A stretch of DNA of 64,000 nucleotides from Clostridiales bacterium (GCA_021129775.1 JAJOKP010000067.1:2794-66793); one strand, 5' to 3'. Counted from the stretch's first letter, positions 30,050 to 43,314 are shown. The notes: generated from the sequence alone by a model not told the origin. Numbers and translations are program-made.

Positions 30050-31963
30050 GTGTGCCTGGCATGGGTGCAATCTATAGGGTGAAAGTCCTGAACGCTGAAG
30101 GTGACGTAAGCGCTAGCCAAGAGCAAGGGTGTCGTGGGCGACTGCGAATCTGAAGGAAGCTTGATGAGCAAATTTCCGGTCTGAGGTACACGAATCACAT
30201 TTGAGGCTACTATGGTTGGATGAGTTTGCGAGTCAAAACGAAGTCCAGTCACACGAAAAGCTATAGGAGTAAATGTGGCAGATATGTGGAAAGAAAGATT
30301 GCAGTCTTACCCGGGGAGATCTAATGGATACGTTGTAGGGATGATAATTCTATATAACAACCTATGCAGTGATGCATAGCTGAATCATCAGAAGTCAGCC
30401 GAAATCATACTACTAGGAGGATTTAATATCTCCTAGGAAGGACTGAACATTAAGGAGGTTAGTAGATTTGAATAATTCAACGAACATGGAAAGAAAACAG
30501 AAAACTTCATACGAAGGCTGTCTTGGTAAAATAGAGTTGGATACTCGAAATAAACAAGAAGTGTTTAGTGATTCGGTGGCATTATCCAAAAAGAAAGCCA
30601 AATCAAAAATCGATACTGAATTTTTACTTGAGAGAATCGTAGCGAGGAGAAATCTCTATGAAGCATACAAGCAAGTAAAAAGAAATAGAGGTAGCCATGG
30701 AGTAGACAAAATGAAAGTAGAAGAACTACTACCTTATTTGAAAAGCCATGCTACTAATCTAATAGAAAGTCTGTTAAATGGAACGTATAAACCTAAACCA
30801 GTACGAAGAATCGAAATACCAAAACCTGATGGTGGAATAAGACTATTAGGAATCCCTACAGTTATTGACAGGATGATACAACAAGCGATTACTAGAGAAT
30901 TAAATGGAATATTTGAGCCAATATTTTCAGAGAATAGCTTTGGATTTAGACCGAAGAGAAGTTGTCATATGGCACTTAAGAAATCCAAAGAATTCATAGA
31001 AAGCGGCTACAAAATAGTGGTTGATATAGACTTAGAAAAATTCTTTGACCGTGTAAATCACGACATCCTTATGAACAGGATTGCTAAAAGAGTAAGAGAT
31101 AAGCGAGTATTAAAACTTATACGACTATATCTTTACTCGGGTATCATGCAAAACGGGATAGTAGTTAAAAGTGAAGAAGGAACAGTCCAAGGCGGACCAA
31201 TAAGTCCACTTCTTAGTAACATACTTTTGGACGGTTTAGATAAAGAACTTGAGAAACGAGGGCATAAATATGTAAGGTACGCGGATGGTTGTAATATCTA
31301 CCTCAAAAGTAGAAGAGCAGGGGAACGTGTACTAAAGAGCATAACTAAATTTCTTGAGAGAAAACTAAAACTAAAAGTAAATGAAAAGAAGAGTGCAGTG
31401 GACGCTCCAACAAAGAGAAAATTCCTAGAGGATAGCTTTTACTACAGTAGAGGTGGTATTAGATTCAGAGTACATAAAGGTAGCTTGGAGAAATTCAAAA
31501 GAAAAATCAAAGGGATTACAAACAGAAATGTTAGTATGCACTTTGACTATCGAATTAAGAAACTAAGTGAAGTTATAATAGGATGGGTAAACTATTACAA
31601 ACTAGCAGACATGAAAACAAGACTCAAGGAATTAGACGAGTGGATTCGCAGGAGACTAAGAGCTTGCATTTGGAAAACTTGGAAGAAGGTTAGAACCAGA
31701 TTTAAAAACCTAAAGAAATTAGGTCTAGACAAATGCCGAGCATGGCAATACGCGAATACCAGAAAAGGCTACTGGAGGATGTCCAACAGCCCAGTCTTAA
31801 ATAGAACCATAACGAATGACAAACTAATTCGGCGTGGTTTTAAGAGTCTATCTTCTCAGTATCAGAAAATAAGATTGTCTTAATGAACCGCCGAGTACGG
31901 AACCGTACGCTCTGGTGGTGTGAGAGGACGGTAATTAAATTAATTAATTACCTCCTACTCGAT
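30050..31963 (+). mobile_element. Group IIC intron
   Basis: 5' GTGTGCCTGGCATGGGTG just after a hairpin (tcccactt/aagtggga). Short DV gaaccgccgagtacggaaccgtacg..ggtggtgtgagagg; DVI ends cctactcgat; RT ORF has no endonuclease domain. Confidence 0.9.
30468..31883 (+). CDS. ltrA: Group II intron reverse transcriptase/maturase, probably RT-dead
   Basis: IPKPDGGIRLLGIP, SFGFRP, DIDLEKFFD, QGGPISPLL, GWVNYY; catalytic motif is YADG instead of YADD. Confidence 0.9.
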   Translation: MNNSTNMERKQKTSYEGCLGKIELDTRNKQEVFSDSVALSKKKAKSKIDTEFLLERIVARRNLYEAYKQVKRNRGSHGVDKMKVEELLPYLKSHATNLIESLLNGTYKPKPVRRIEIPKPDGGIRLLGIPTVIDRMIQQAITRELNGIFEPIFSENSFGFRPKRSCHMALKKSKEFIESGYKIVVDIDLEKFFDRVNHDILMNRIAKRVRDKRVLKLIRLYLYSGIMQNGIVVKSEEGTVQGGPISPLLSNILLDGLDKELEKRGHKYVRYADGCNIYLKSRRAGERVLKSITKFLERKLKLKVNEKKSAVDAPTKRKFLEDSFYYSRGGIRFRVHKGSLEKFKRKIKGITNRNVSMHFDYRIKKLSEVIIGWVNYYKLADMKTRLKELDEWIRRRLRACIWKTWKKVRTRFKNLKKLGLDKCRAWQYANTRKGYWRMSNSPVLNRTITNDKLIRRGFKSLSSQYQKIRLS

Positions 31964-32706
31964 TGAAACACAAAGGACGGATAAAGCCAATACCTTTGAT
32001 TGAATCGAGCAAGTGAATTTGTTTAATGAAAGTATGTTTTTCAAATTTCAGAGTATATTCTTTGATGCTAGTGAGTATAGAATCAATCTTACTACTAAAG
32101 ATTTCAATGAACTCAATATGCATTTGAATGAGCTCAAAAACAGACTCTAAATAGTGCCCAAAAGACTTTGAGAGTTTTGCAGATTCTATTAGCTTAGAAT
32201 ACTTCTCATTAGCATATTTTAGCCCTTTACGTGAAGTTAGAGCAATAAGTGATATTACTTCGCCTTTTGGTGCAGCTAGTATATTGTCGGGCGTTTTAAA
32301 AGTCTTAAGAATTAAAAGAGATGTTTTTCCTGTGAGAGAAGCAAACACTTTGATATAACCAGGAAAAACCAACCTAAGAGCCTTGTGTAGCTTGTTTACA
32401 TACTTGGTTTTAGCATCTGTAAGATTATAATATTCTCTTACAAAAGAACGCAGATTAAGCACAAGATCAGTTGGGATTAAAGAAACCTTTAAAGGCTTCG
32501 CCCTAGGAGATGACCATTTTTCTACTTATTCAGTTATAGAATAAAATAAAAACTGACTGGTGTCTATACCGGATTTTATTATTAAGCTTTTAAGATATGA
32601 ATCCGAACTATGAATATTATTAACAATCAATCGTTCGGACAAGAAACTCAATAACAAAAGAAAAGATGTAACTTTATGTTACAAATATATTGTATTAGGA
32701 GATACC

Positions 32707-34182
32707 ATGGAAGATAAAAAAACAAAATTAGAAGCAGGATGGAAGCTAGAAAACAGTTATTCACGTTTACCGAAATCATTTTTCTCCTCTTTGAAACCAA
32801 CACCAGTACGTTCGCCGAAACTGATTATCCTTAACCACCCATTATCAAAAGATCTTGGTTTAAGCATAGAAGCGCTTAAAAGCGACGATGGTGTATCAGT
32901 ACTTGCTGGCAACCAAATTCCCGAGGGTGCCTTCCCTCTAGCACAAGCTTATGCAGGACATCAGTTTGGATATTTCAATATGTTAGGAGACGGTCGAGCT
33001 ATATTGCTTGGTGAACAGGAAACTCCGCTTGGAGAGCGACTAGATATTCAACTCAAAGGTTCAGGTAAAACACCATACTCTCGAGGAGGAGATGGAAGAG
33101 CAACGCTTGGACCAATGCTTCGTGAATACATCATCAGTGAAGCGATGCACGCTCTTGGTATTGCCAGTAGTCGGAGTCTTGCAGTAGTATCAACTGGGGA
33201 ATCAATAACTAGAGAAACCCTACAACCTGGAGCAGTCCTAACTAGAATAGCTAGTAGCCATCTGCGAGTAGGCACTTTTCAGTACGTTTCTCAATGGGGT
33301 ACGGTTGAGGAACTGCGTACTTTGGCTGATTATACATTGCAAAGGCACTTTCCAGGTGTAGAAGGTTACGAAAATAAATATGTTTTTCTGCTAAGAGAAG
33401 TGATTAAGCGACAAGCTAGTCTGATTGCCAAATGGCAACTTGTTGGTTTTGTTCATGGGGTGATGAACACTGACAACATGGCCATTAGTGGAGAAACAAT
33501 TGATTATGGACCATGTGCTTTCATGGATAGCTATAATGAAGAGACTGTATTTAGTTCTATTGATAAGCATGGTCGATATGCTTATGGGAATCAACCCAAG
33601 ATAGCGGCATGGAATCTTGCAAGGTTTGCCGAAACTGTGTTGCCACTGTTGCATGCAAATCAAACAGAAGCTGTTAAAATGGCACAAAGTGCAATTGAAG
33701 AGTTCACTGATATGTATAATAATTACTGGATTGATGGGATGAGAAAAAAATTGGGAATATTCAATAAAGAAGAGCAAGATAAGTCTATGATTGAAAAACT
33801 CCTAAGCATGATGCAAAAATACAAGGCAGATTATACAAATACTTTCTGTTCATTGACTATTTATGAGCTAAAAGATATCGCTACGTTTAAAACTACAGAA
33901 TTTGCTAAATGGAAGAAATTATGGCAAGCAAGATTAGAGAGACAAAAGGAAACAAAATCGTCGACGCATGAGTTGATGAGAAAAAACAACCCTGCATTAA
34001 TACCACGAAACCATAGAGTAGAAGAAGCATTAGAAGCAGCAGTGAAGCAAGAGGATTATAGTGTTATGGAGAGTCTTCTTGATGTGCTTTCGAATCCATA
34101 CGATCACTCTAAGGAACAATCTGATTATTCAACGGTGGTTGCGCCGTCAAACTTACCTTATCGCACTTTTTGTGGGACATGA
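32707..34182 (+). CDS. selO: SelO/YdiU protein adenylyltransferase
   Basis: [44 protein letters not shown]-terminal TFCGT. Confidence 0.93.
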   Translation: MEDKKTKLEAGWKLENSYSRLPKSFFSSLKPTPVRSPKLIILNHPLSKDLGLSIEALKSDDGVSVLAGNQIPEGAFPLAQAYAGHQFGYFNMLGDGRAILLGEQETPLGERLDIQLKGSGKTPYSRGGDGRATLGPMLREYIISEAMHALGIASSRSLAVVSTGESITRETLQPGAVLTRIASSHLRVGTFQYVSQWGTVEELRTLADYTLQRHFPGVEGYENKYVFLLREVIKRQASLIAKWQLVGFVHGVMNTDNMAISGETIDYGPCAFMDSYNEETVFSSIDKHGRYAYGNQPKIAAWNLARFAETVLPLLHANQTEAVKMAQSAIEEFTDMYNNYWIDGMRKKLGIFNKEEQDKSMIEKLLSMMQKYKADYTNTFCSLTIYELKDIATFKTTEFAKWKKLWQARLERQKETKSSTHELMRKNNPALIPRNHRVEEALEAAVKQEDYSVMESLLDVLSNPYDHSKEQSDYSTVVAPSNLPYRTFCGT

Positions 34183-34215
34183 GGTAGAAACATGAATATC
34201 AGTATAAAAAAGACT

Positions 34216-34245
34216 TCGCCCCAAACCAATTGTGGTTTGGGGCGA
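34216..34245. terminator. Bidirectional terminator
   Basis: tcgccccaaacca/tggtttggggcga hairpin between convergent genes. Confidence 0.75.
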
Positions 34246-34248
34246 TTA

Positions 34249-35686
<1,438 letters not shown>

Positions 35687-35896
35687 TTAGCGCCTTTATA
35701 TGATGTAAATGCAAGTTGTGCAAGTAGAAATATCGTAACAAGTTAAAATTATTGGTCGACGATAAATCTAGGATGATATTTGGAATGCAGGAGATGCATG
35801 TTCCCTATCAACATTTAAGAACAAAGAATTGTAAGGTGATTTGTTTTTCTAACAAAAAGAGTTCATTGTATACATTCCTTTTTTAATAATTATAAA

Positions 35897-37490
35897 CTAG
35901 CTCTTAAGCACTAGTCGTGAGAATAAGAAATCACTAAAGGCTAGAATAACAAGACAAATTCCAGCGTTAGCAATAATATTGCTAATTAAGACAAAAGCAA
36001 GTGATTCAGTCTGATATGCAATGACCACTGATATAATTATCGAAGGAAGCAGTACAAGAACTGTTTGAATTAGTTTGATCAGAAAAGTAAGATGCTTAAA
36101 ATCTTTAGAAGGATAAAACATGTTCAGAAGATAGCTTGATAATAGTGAAGCTGAGTATAACAGAAGAGAAACAGGTGGAATAAGCAACAGTTCTAACTTG
36201 AAAATCCCTAGTAAAAGTGAGTAAGGGAGCATTAGAGCAAGAATATTAGCAGAAAATCTGATGATATCGACTCTTGTGATAGCTATAAGCTTTCTAACTG
36301 ATGAATCAGGAATTAGATAGTAATAGTGCATTTTTAGCTCTTTATCTAAGTGGTTTTGTTCTGTCACAAGAAATTTTATATAGAAGTAAAGCGCAGGCAG
36401 GTATGCAACAAAATAAACCTCTTCTCTAGATCCAAAAAAAATGTAAGCACCTATAGATACTAGGAGACATAGAGCAGTTTCTATTCCAACGTATTCACTT
36501 ATATCTTTTTTTTCTAAGGAGTAGCCTTCTTTTCCAATCGAATGCAAAAGAATAGCTGCCAATGGATCTAATATGTATTTCCTTTTGTCTTGTGAAACTC
36601 AAGGTAGGGATAAAATCATAAACGCCTTCTTTTGCATCTGCAATAATTTTTTCGCTTTGTTCAGAAGTTGATATGATGTCTTCATAATAATCATTACCTA
36701 AGAAGTATGTAGCGATAATGAGGATGATGTAGGTAGAAATCATTGCAACCAAAGTGACTACAGTTTGAGTAGAAACACCATGTGCAACAGATAGAATAAG
36801 ATGTCTTCCCCAACCAATAATGGGTATCCAATCTAGGTAGTTAGCATTTACGCCCAAAAGCAACGATTCAAAAGAAAGGCCATTGCGGTAAATAGAAAGG
36901 GAAGCAGATATCAGTACCAGAGCACTTATTGACACAATTGCTAACTTAGCAAAAGAATGAGATAGTGTGCTTTTATTAAGACGCGTACCAATTGCAAAAA
37001 AGAAAAAGCTTAAGGGTTCTAATATTAAAAATATCATTGTAATGCCTAAAAAGAAAAATATGAGTTCAGTGTGTGAAGGATCAAAGTGCCTTTTAGTAAA
37101 TGGGATAGCAAATACTAGCATCAATGCAGATGACAAAAAAGCGGGCGGAATCTTTCTTACAAGATTAAAAAACAAGATTTTTTTAGGATCAACCGGAGCT
37201 GTAAATAGTAAATTGATCTCGCTTATTCTAAATACAACCGAATTCTGTTTAGTAGAGACATAGTATAAAACAGTAAACAGAGCGAAAGTAGCAGCGCTTA
37301 AGTATAGAGCTAAATTATCTATGGAAATAGGAAGTTCTGCAGAATGCTTAAAATTTGAAATAATGCCCCAAGACATAAAAATAAGTACAGCTATGTATGA
37401 AATTATTACTTTAGGTGTAGTTATGATACGCACTAAATTGTTTTTTATGAGCTTTAATTCGGTATTAAAGAGCAAACTAAATTCATTCAT
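35897..37490 (-). pseudogene. Putative ABC exporter permease, split by a frameshift
   Basis: Two overlapping multi-TM ORFs (36495-37490 and 35897-36562); SEINLLFTAP and YYYLIP motifs. Confidence 0.7.
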
Positions 37491-37636
37491 TGCTAGTCAC
37501 CTCAAGGAATATATCTTCTAGCGAAGACTCAACTCCTTTTATCTTTCGTAGTTTATCCATAGCGCTATTGATAATGATTTTACCTTCTTTCATAACTAAA
37601 ACCCTGTTGCAAGTATGTTCAATACTGTTAAGTAGT
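37483..37636 (-). pseudogene. ABC ATP-binding protein C-terminal fragment
   Basis: LLNSIEHTCNRVLVMKEGKII...SLEDIFLEVT*, coupled to the permease start; Walker motifs missing. Confidence 0.7.
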
Positions 37637-37900
37637 TTTATCTGAGTTATCGAAATGATAGCTTAGATAGAAAAACTTTAGTCAAGTATAACATAAAAAC
37701 TAAGAATAGTAAGGAATATTAACATTTATTGAAAACTACATTATAGCATGGGATTATTTGAAAGGCTCTGAAGGAAAGGCAAGAATTGTGATTGAAGGAA
37801 CAATAACAGTTTAATTTAGACAAAGCTATTAGATGCATTAATTATTTATGCACTTGGAAAAACGCTTTAATGAATTCGGATTATTGAAAGGGGACGTAAA

Positions 37901-39018
37901 TTGAGTAAATATGACTTATTAAAGAAACACTTTGGGTATGACTTATTTAGAAAAGGGCAAGAGAGTACAATAGTAATATTATGAGACAGCGCGATGTATT
38001 TGCACTTATGTAAGATCAAGCTGATGCCTTAGTAGAGAACGGAGTAAAGTCAACTTATCTAAACAGCTCATTGTCAGCATCAGAAACAAATATTAGGATT
38101 AATGAGATAATGAGAGACGAACATAAACTAATTTATGTTGCTCCCGAGAGGCTACTACTGACAGTTTTTTTAATCTAATCAAGACAGTTAATATATCCCT
38201 AATTGCAGTTGACGAAGCTCACTGTATAAGCCAATGGGGGACATGATTTTAGGCCTAGCTATAGAAATATTCCTAGGTTTATTTCAAGATTAAAAAAACG
38301 CCCTGTAATAGCAGCGTTTACTGCTACAGCAACTGAACATGTTGTTAATGAGATTAAAGAAATTCTTAAATTGAACAATCCATTTGAACTTGTTACTGGT
38401 TTTGATAGAGAAAACTTATTTTATAAAATAGTTAAACCTAAAGACAAGTATAAATATTTGAAAGATTATATCGATAAAGACTTTGCTGATGGATCTGGAA
38501 TCATTTATTGTTCAACGAGAAAAACTGTCGAATCTTTAAGTAAGAGATTAAAAGAAGATGGATTTTTAGCAGAAGGTTACCACGGTGGAATGGAAACTGA
38601 AATTAGGACTCAAGTAGAGGATTTGTTAGAATGACAGTAGATAATTATCCAGTTTTAAAGTTAAATGAAAGTTCGAGATCTGTAATAAAAGGTGAAGAAA
38701 AAATATTGCCTAGAAGAGAAAGAATTGAAGTCAAAGATAAAAAGAAAAGCAAAGAAATTAGGAAAACGGATTTTGATTTTAATCAGACACTGTATGATCT
38801 TTTATCCTTGAAACGTAAAGAGATTGCAACAGAAAAAAAATGCCACCGTACGTAATTTTTCATAACACTGTGTTAGAGGAGTTAGCATATTCAATGCCGA
38901 CTACGAAAGAAAAACTACTCAAGATTAAGGGCATAGGGGAAAAGAAATTTGATAATTATGGAGAGGCATTTATAAATGTTATTGAAGATTTTAAGGGTAA
39001 GGAACTTATTTTTTACTA
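37901..39018 (+). pseudogene. recQ: RecQ helicase, multiply deleted and frameshifted
   Basis: LKKHFGYDLFRKGQE, LM*DQ, YVAPERL, VDEAHCISQWG, FTATAT, GIIYCSTRK, YHGGM, then a jump to YPVLKLN and an HRDC remnant. Confidence 0.88.
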
Positions 39019-39434
39019 AATACAAATATACCAAGTAATATTATTAAAAGTCCTGCAATCTTAGTTAAAGAAAGCGGGACTTTTTCCATGCCGAATAAAC
39101 CTAATAGATCAATTATGTAAGCTAATAAAAGCTGAGAAGCGACTATAGTCATAACTGCCTGTGCTACTCCTAAAGTTGAAATTGATTTTATAGCACTATA
39201 GACGATAATAACTCCAAATGCTCCGCCAATCAGTTACAATTTGTTAACTTCTGTTACTTTCATAAGGCTTCCTGTACCTATTAGCATCATGGCAGCAATT
39301 GCAGCAACTAACCCAACAACGTGTACGACAACAGAGGCTTCAATAGTCCCGACACTTTCACCTACTCTTGTATTAAATGCACTTTGTATGCTCATAAATA
39401 TTCCACCGATAATTGCAAATAAGACACCTAACAT
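39006..39434 (-). pseudogene. DMT-family (YdcZ/DUF606-like) transporter with in-frame TAA at 39234-39236
   Basis: QSAFNTRVG...NKL*LIGGAFGV...SQLLLAYIIDLLGLFG. Confidence 0.75.
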
Positions 39435-39797
39435 ACAGTTTCCTCCCAAAGTAAAATTGCAAACTGTTTTTCAATATACTTATTCTATCATTCTTTTTGC
39501 GAAGTTAATACCTATTTTTAGACTAGAATTCATGTTTTTCCAGATGAAAGATAATAGCATATAGGATGGCGTAAATATACTACTATTATACTGTTAATGA
39601 CATTTGACTTTAGATAAAAAATAATCTGTGCAAGGTGCGAGCTGCGAAGCAGTACACAAGCGCGTTATGATTCCTATTGGAAATGAAGTAGATAAAAGAA
39701 TTTCTAGGAAAAACAGTGACAAATAGATGAGCAAACGCAGTTTATGCATATAATAATGTACTTAATGGAATATCTTGTTCAAAGATAGATAGAAAAT

Positions 39798-39837
39798 AGA
39801 CAGAAAACCTTCCCTTGTCTAGGACTGTCCCCTGTCT
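39798..39837. repeat. GGGGAC-type REP-like palindrome with extra arm
   Basis: agacagaaaaccttcccttgtct followed by gactgtcccctgtct. Confidence 0.6.
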
Positions 39838-39864
39838 ATATTAAAGATGTATATTTTTTTGCAA

Positions 39865-41415
39865 CTACAAAAGATCAAAGAGATCTGCATTCATTACCTT
39901 GTTCCAAGCAGATATGAAGTCATTTATAAATGTAGGCATAGCATCATCACTGGCATACACTTCAGATAAGGCTCTGAGTCTTGAATTTGAACCGAATGTA
40001 AGATCAACACGTGTTGCCATCCATTTACGTTTGCCAGATGTTCTATCAATTCCTTCGTATATATCTGAGTCGGTTTCTGTAGACTGCCACTGCGTACTCA
40101 TAGCGAGCACATTTATAAAAAAGTCATTGGATAAAGTCTCGGTTTGCTTTGTAAAGACACCAAATGGTGAATGTCCATAATTCGTATTCAATACTCTCAT
40201 ACCACCTATAAGAACCGTCATTTCTGGAGCCGTTAGATTTAATAATTGGGCTTTGTCGACTAGAAGTTCTTCAGCACAAACAGAGGATTTTGTTTTCTGA
40301 TAATTTCTAAATCCATCAGCTTTAGGTTCAATTACGGCAAATGAGTTAATATCTGTTTGTTCTTGAGTAGCATCTGTACGACCGGGATTAAAAGGTACGG
40401 TTAAATCATATCCAGCATTTTTGATAGCTTTTTCAATACCAACATTACCAGCTAAAATAATCATGTCAGCTAAAGAAACTTTTTTATTATTTGTTTGTGA
40501 ATTGTTAAAATCATTCTGAATAACACCAATAATATCTAGAATTTTTTTGAGTTCTTCAGGCTGGTTAACTTTCCAATTTTTTTGTGGTTCTAATCTAATG
40601 CGCGCACCATTTGCACCACCACGAGAATCAGAATCTCTAAATGTTGAAGCTGACGCCCATGCTGTTGATACTAATTGGGATACTGACAATCCAGACTCAA
40701 GAATCTTGATTTTTAATGCATTTATGTCTTCTCTTTTCCCAATATCAAAATCTGGTTTTGATATTGGGTCTTGCCATATCAATTCTTCTTCAGGCACTTC
40801 AGGTCCAAGATAACGAGAACGAGGGCCTAAATCACGATGTGTTAATTTAAACCATGCACGAGCAAAAGCATCTGCAAATTTTTCTGGATTATCATGGAAG
40901 TGTTTTGCAATAGGTTTATACGTTGGATGCATACGTAATGCCAAATCTGCTGTTGTCATAATAGGGGGTTGAGTTTTTGAACTATCTTGTGACATAGGAA
41001 TATTGTGAGTATCAGGATCAGCTGGCACCCATTGCCATGCGCCGGCTGGACTTTTTACAAGATTCCAGTCATTATTAAACAACGTGTCAAAATAACCCAT
41101 ATCCCATTTAGTAGGTGTAGAATTCCATGGTCCTTCTATACCACTAGATATCATATCGTCGCCAGAAGCAGATCCAAAACGATTCTTCCAACCTAGACCC
41201 ATTTCTTCAATACTTGCGGCTTCTGGTTCTGGTCCGACATGCTCTGCGCTGGCAGCGCCATGACATTTTCCAAAGGTATGACCACCTGCAATAAGGGCAA
41301 CTGTTTCTTCGTCATTCATTGCCATTCGTGCAAATGTATCCTTGACATCATCACCTGAAGCAACTGCATCTGGCACGCCTTTGGGCCCTTCTGGATTTAC
41401 ATAGATTAATCCCAA
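39865..41415 (-). pseudogene. katG: Catalase-peroxidase, N-terminally truncated
   Basis: Begins at [10 protein letters not shown] (internal in KatG); [13 protein letters not shown] present, but the distal haem R..WH motif, start and RBS are missing. Confidence 0.9.
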
Positions 41416-41638
41416 AATAATTCAAACAGTAGGTAATGATACTCAAAAATATAGCGAGATTAGCAGAAAAATTAGCGAGATTTCTAACACAGAATTAAAT
41501 AGAAAACTAGCATTACTTGTAGATAGACAAGTAATTGAAAAACAAGATGGTGCTTACATATTGTCTAAGTTTGGCAAAGACTTAGATCATATATTTAATC
41601 ATTTTTTAGAAATGAGCCAAAAGTATCTTCATAAGTAA
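41411..41638 (+). pseudogene. HxlR-like winged-helix regulator, 5'-truncated
   Basis: KYSEISRKISEISNTELNRKLALLV...YILSKFGKDL..IF*; abuts the katG break head-to-head. Confidence 0.6.
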
Positions 41639-41724
41639 ATAATACAATGGAAGTAAATCAAATGGGCTCATTTTTGAAGAGGCGAAACAATCAACAATTA
41701 TCTTATATACAAAGGAATGATAAA

Positions 41725-42160
41725 ATGAGCAAAAGATTAGTCTTAGCAGAGAAACCATCAGTTGGAAAAGAAATAGCTAGAGTATTACAATGTAAAAATG
41801 GTGGTAATGGATATTACGAAGGTAAAGATACGATAGTTACGTGGGCTTTGGGGCATCCCTAGCAGACCCAGAAATATATGATGACAAATATAAGAGCTGG
41901 GTGCTAGAAGATTTACCAATAATACCCAACTCACTTAAACTTGTAACAACTAAAAACACTGTAAAACAATTTCACACAGTAAAAAACTAATGCAACGAGC
42001 AGATGTAAAAGAAATAGTAATTGCAACAGATGCAGGAAGAGAAGGGGAGTTAGCTGCAAGGTGGATTATAGAGAAAATTAGAATTAATAAACCAATAAAA
42101 CGGCTATGGATTTCATCTGTCACAGATAAAGCCATTAAAGATGGGTTTAGGAGGTCATAG
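41725..42160 (+). pseudogene. topB: DNA topoisomerase III TOPRIM fragment
   Basis: [17 protein letters not shown], frameshifts, [27 protein letters not shown], then stops at the RAYT element. Confidence 0.88.
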
Positions 42161-42181
42161 TGTGTGCAGGGTCAGTGTGCA

Positions 42182-43145
42182 GGGTCAGGGTTGAAAAGTT
42201 GAATTAAAGTGATATGCTGAGAGTAGGGGATGAAAGATGCCAAGAAAACCAAGAATTCATTACGAAGGAGCTCTGTATCATGTGATAGTGAGAGGAAATA
42301 ATAGATTTGAAGTGTTTGAAACTAAGGAAAATAAAGCGGAATATTTAAAGCTGATTAAAAAATATAAGAGCAAATATGGTTTTAAACTATATGCATATTG
42401 TGTAATGGATAATCATGCACATCTCCTGATAGAAGTAGATAAAATTCCATTATCAAAAATTATGCAATTAATACAGCAGGTTTATACTCAGCATTACAAT
42501 CTAGATTATAAAAGAACAGGGCATGTTTTTGAACAGAGGTATAAGGCAATTATATGCGATAAGAATAGTTATTTATTAAACCTTATTAGATATATTCATA
42601 TGAATCCTGTTAAAGCCAATATAGGCGAAGGGTTAGAATATAAATGGAGCAGTCATAGTGCATATATTAAGCAAAACAGCGAAATGATTGATTGTGAATT
42701 TCCATTATCTTTGTTTACTGCTAGTAAAAACAAAAGACAAAAGTTATATTTGAGATTTGTAACAGAAGATGAAACTGATGAATTAGAGGATTATGAACTA
42801 TCCGAAGAACAGACTGAGACACGTATTAATTTCGGATGCAAAGAAAGAACATTACAGATGGGTTTAGATGAGATAATTAACAAAACCATAAATTATTTTG
42901 AGTTTACAGAAGAAGCGTTAAAATCGAAAAAGAGAAATAAGGAGATAAGTAGAGCACGAAGGGTAATTATAATACTTGCTAGGAAATATACAAAAGAATC
43001 TAGCATATCGATTGGTAAAGCAATTGGCGTCACAAAATCGTTAGTTAGTAAAGTTGATATACATTTACTTAAGACTGATGAAGAATTAAATATAGTATAC
43101 AATCTAATAGACAACAAACTCAATTCAACTTTTCAACCCTGACCC
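42182..43145 (+). mobile_element. RAYT-like HUH element with perfect 24-bp terminal inverted repeats
   Basis: gggtcagggttgaaaagttgaatt (42182-42205) and aattcaacttttcaaccctgaccc (43122-43145); the ORF stop codon lies inside the right repeat. Confidence 0.8.
42237..43142 (+). CDS. REP-associated tyrosine (Y1 HUH) transposase with C-terminal DnaA/TrpR-like HTH
   Basis: YHVIVRGNNR, YCVMDNHAHLL (HUH), GHVFEQRY, RYIHMNPVKA, YKWSSH; C-terminal SRARRVIIILAR..IGKAIG. Confidence 0.88.
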   Translation: MPRKPRIHYEGALYHVIVRGNNRFEVFETKENKAEYLKLIKKYKSKYGFKLYAYCVMDNHAHLLIEVDKIPLSKIMQLIQQVYTQHYNLDYKRTGHVFEQRYKAIICDKNSYLLNLIRYIHMNPVKANIGEGLEYKWSSHSAYIKQNSEMIDCEFPLSLFTASKNKRQKLYLRFVTEDETDELEDYELSEEQTETRINFGCKERTLQMGLDEIINKTINYFEFTEEALKSKKRNKEISRARRVIIILARKYTKESSISIGKAIGVTKSLVSKVDIHLLKTDEELNIVYNLIDNKLNSTFQP

Positions 43146-43314
43146 CCTCCTGACCCTGACCCCCCTCTTGACCCATATTGCAAAGAAAAACTATGATGAA
43201 GTGCAGGTAGTCCGGCGGGAGTGTGAAGTATCTAGAAGAAGAATAATGAAAACCCATATTTTGTTAGCTAAACTAGGGTAGTCTAAATTGTTATTATGAA
43301 AAGGGGAACGAGAA

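Larger units (their letters stand above)
29953..31980 (-). mobile_element. 114-bp IS200/IS605-type miniature element (split by the intron into 97 + 17 bp)
   Basis: On the minus strand it follows TTTAT and ends GAGTTCAC; no target duplication needed; hairpin-rich; removal restores ATT in IS110 GIGF-I-SAVTLM. Confidence 0.75.
29423..32497 (-). mobile_element. IS110-family element remnant (5'-truncated, interrupted, frameshifted)
   Basis: Transposase pieces 32497-31981 (LKVSLIPTDLVLNLRSFVREYY...SIKGIGF) and 29952-29554 (ISAVTLMCEI..AYFGLDPAVKESG..SKRG). RuvC/DEDD N-terminus absent; frameshift near 29715; candidate right end ttgacttttactagctagtc. Confidence 0.85.

Noticed and set aside
30468-31883. 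Retron, DGR or defence-associated RT
   Set aside because: It has a maturase domain, a canonical IIC 5' end and DV/DVI, so it is a group II intron.
29948-31981. 4-bp CGGA target-site duplication around the insert in IS110
   Set aside because: Joining at CGGA puts the transposase out of frame, whereas the no-TSD join after TTTAT restores it.
39625-39752. Possible degenerate repeat or ncRNA between the DMT and katG pseudogenes
   Set aside because: Single copy in the window and only weak pairing.
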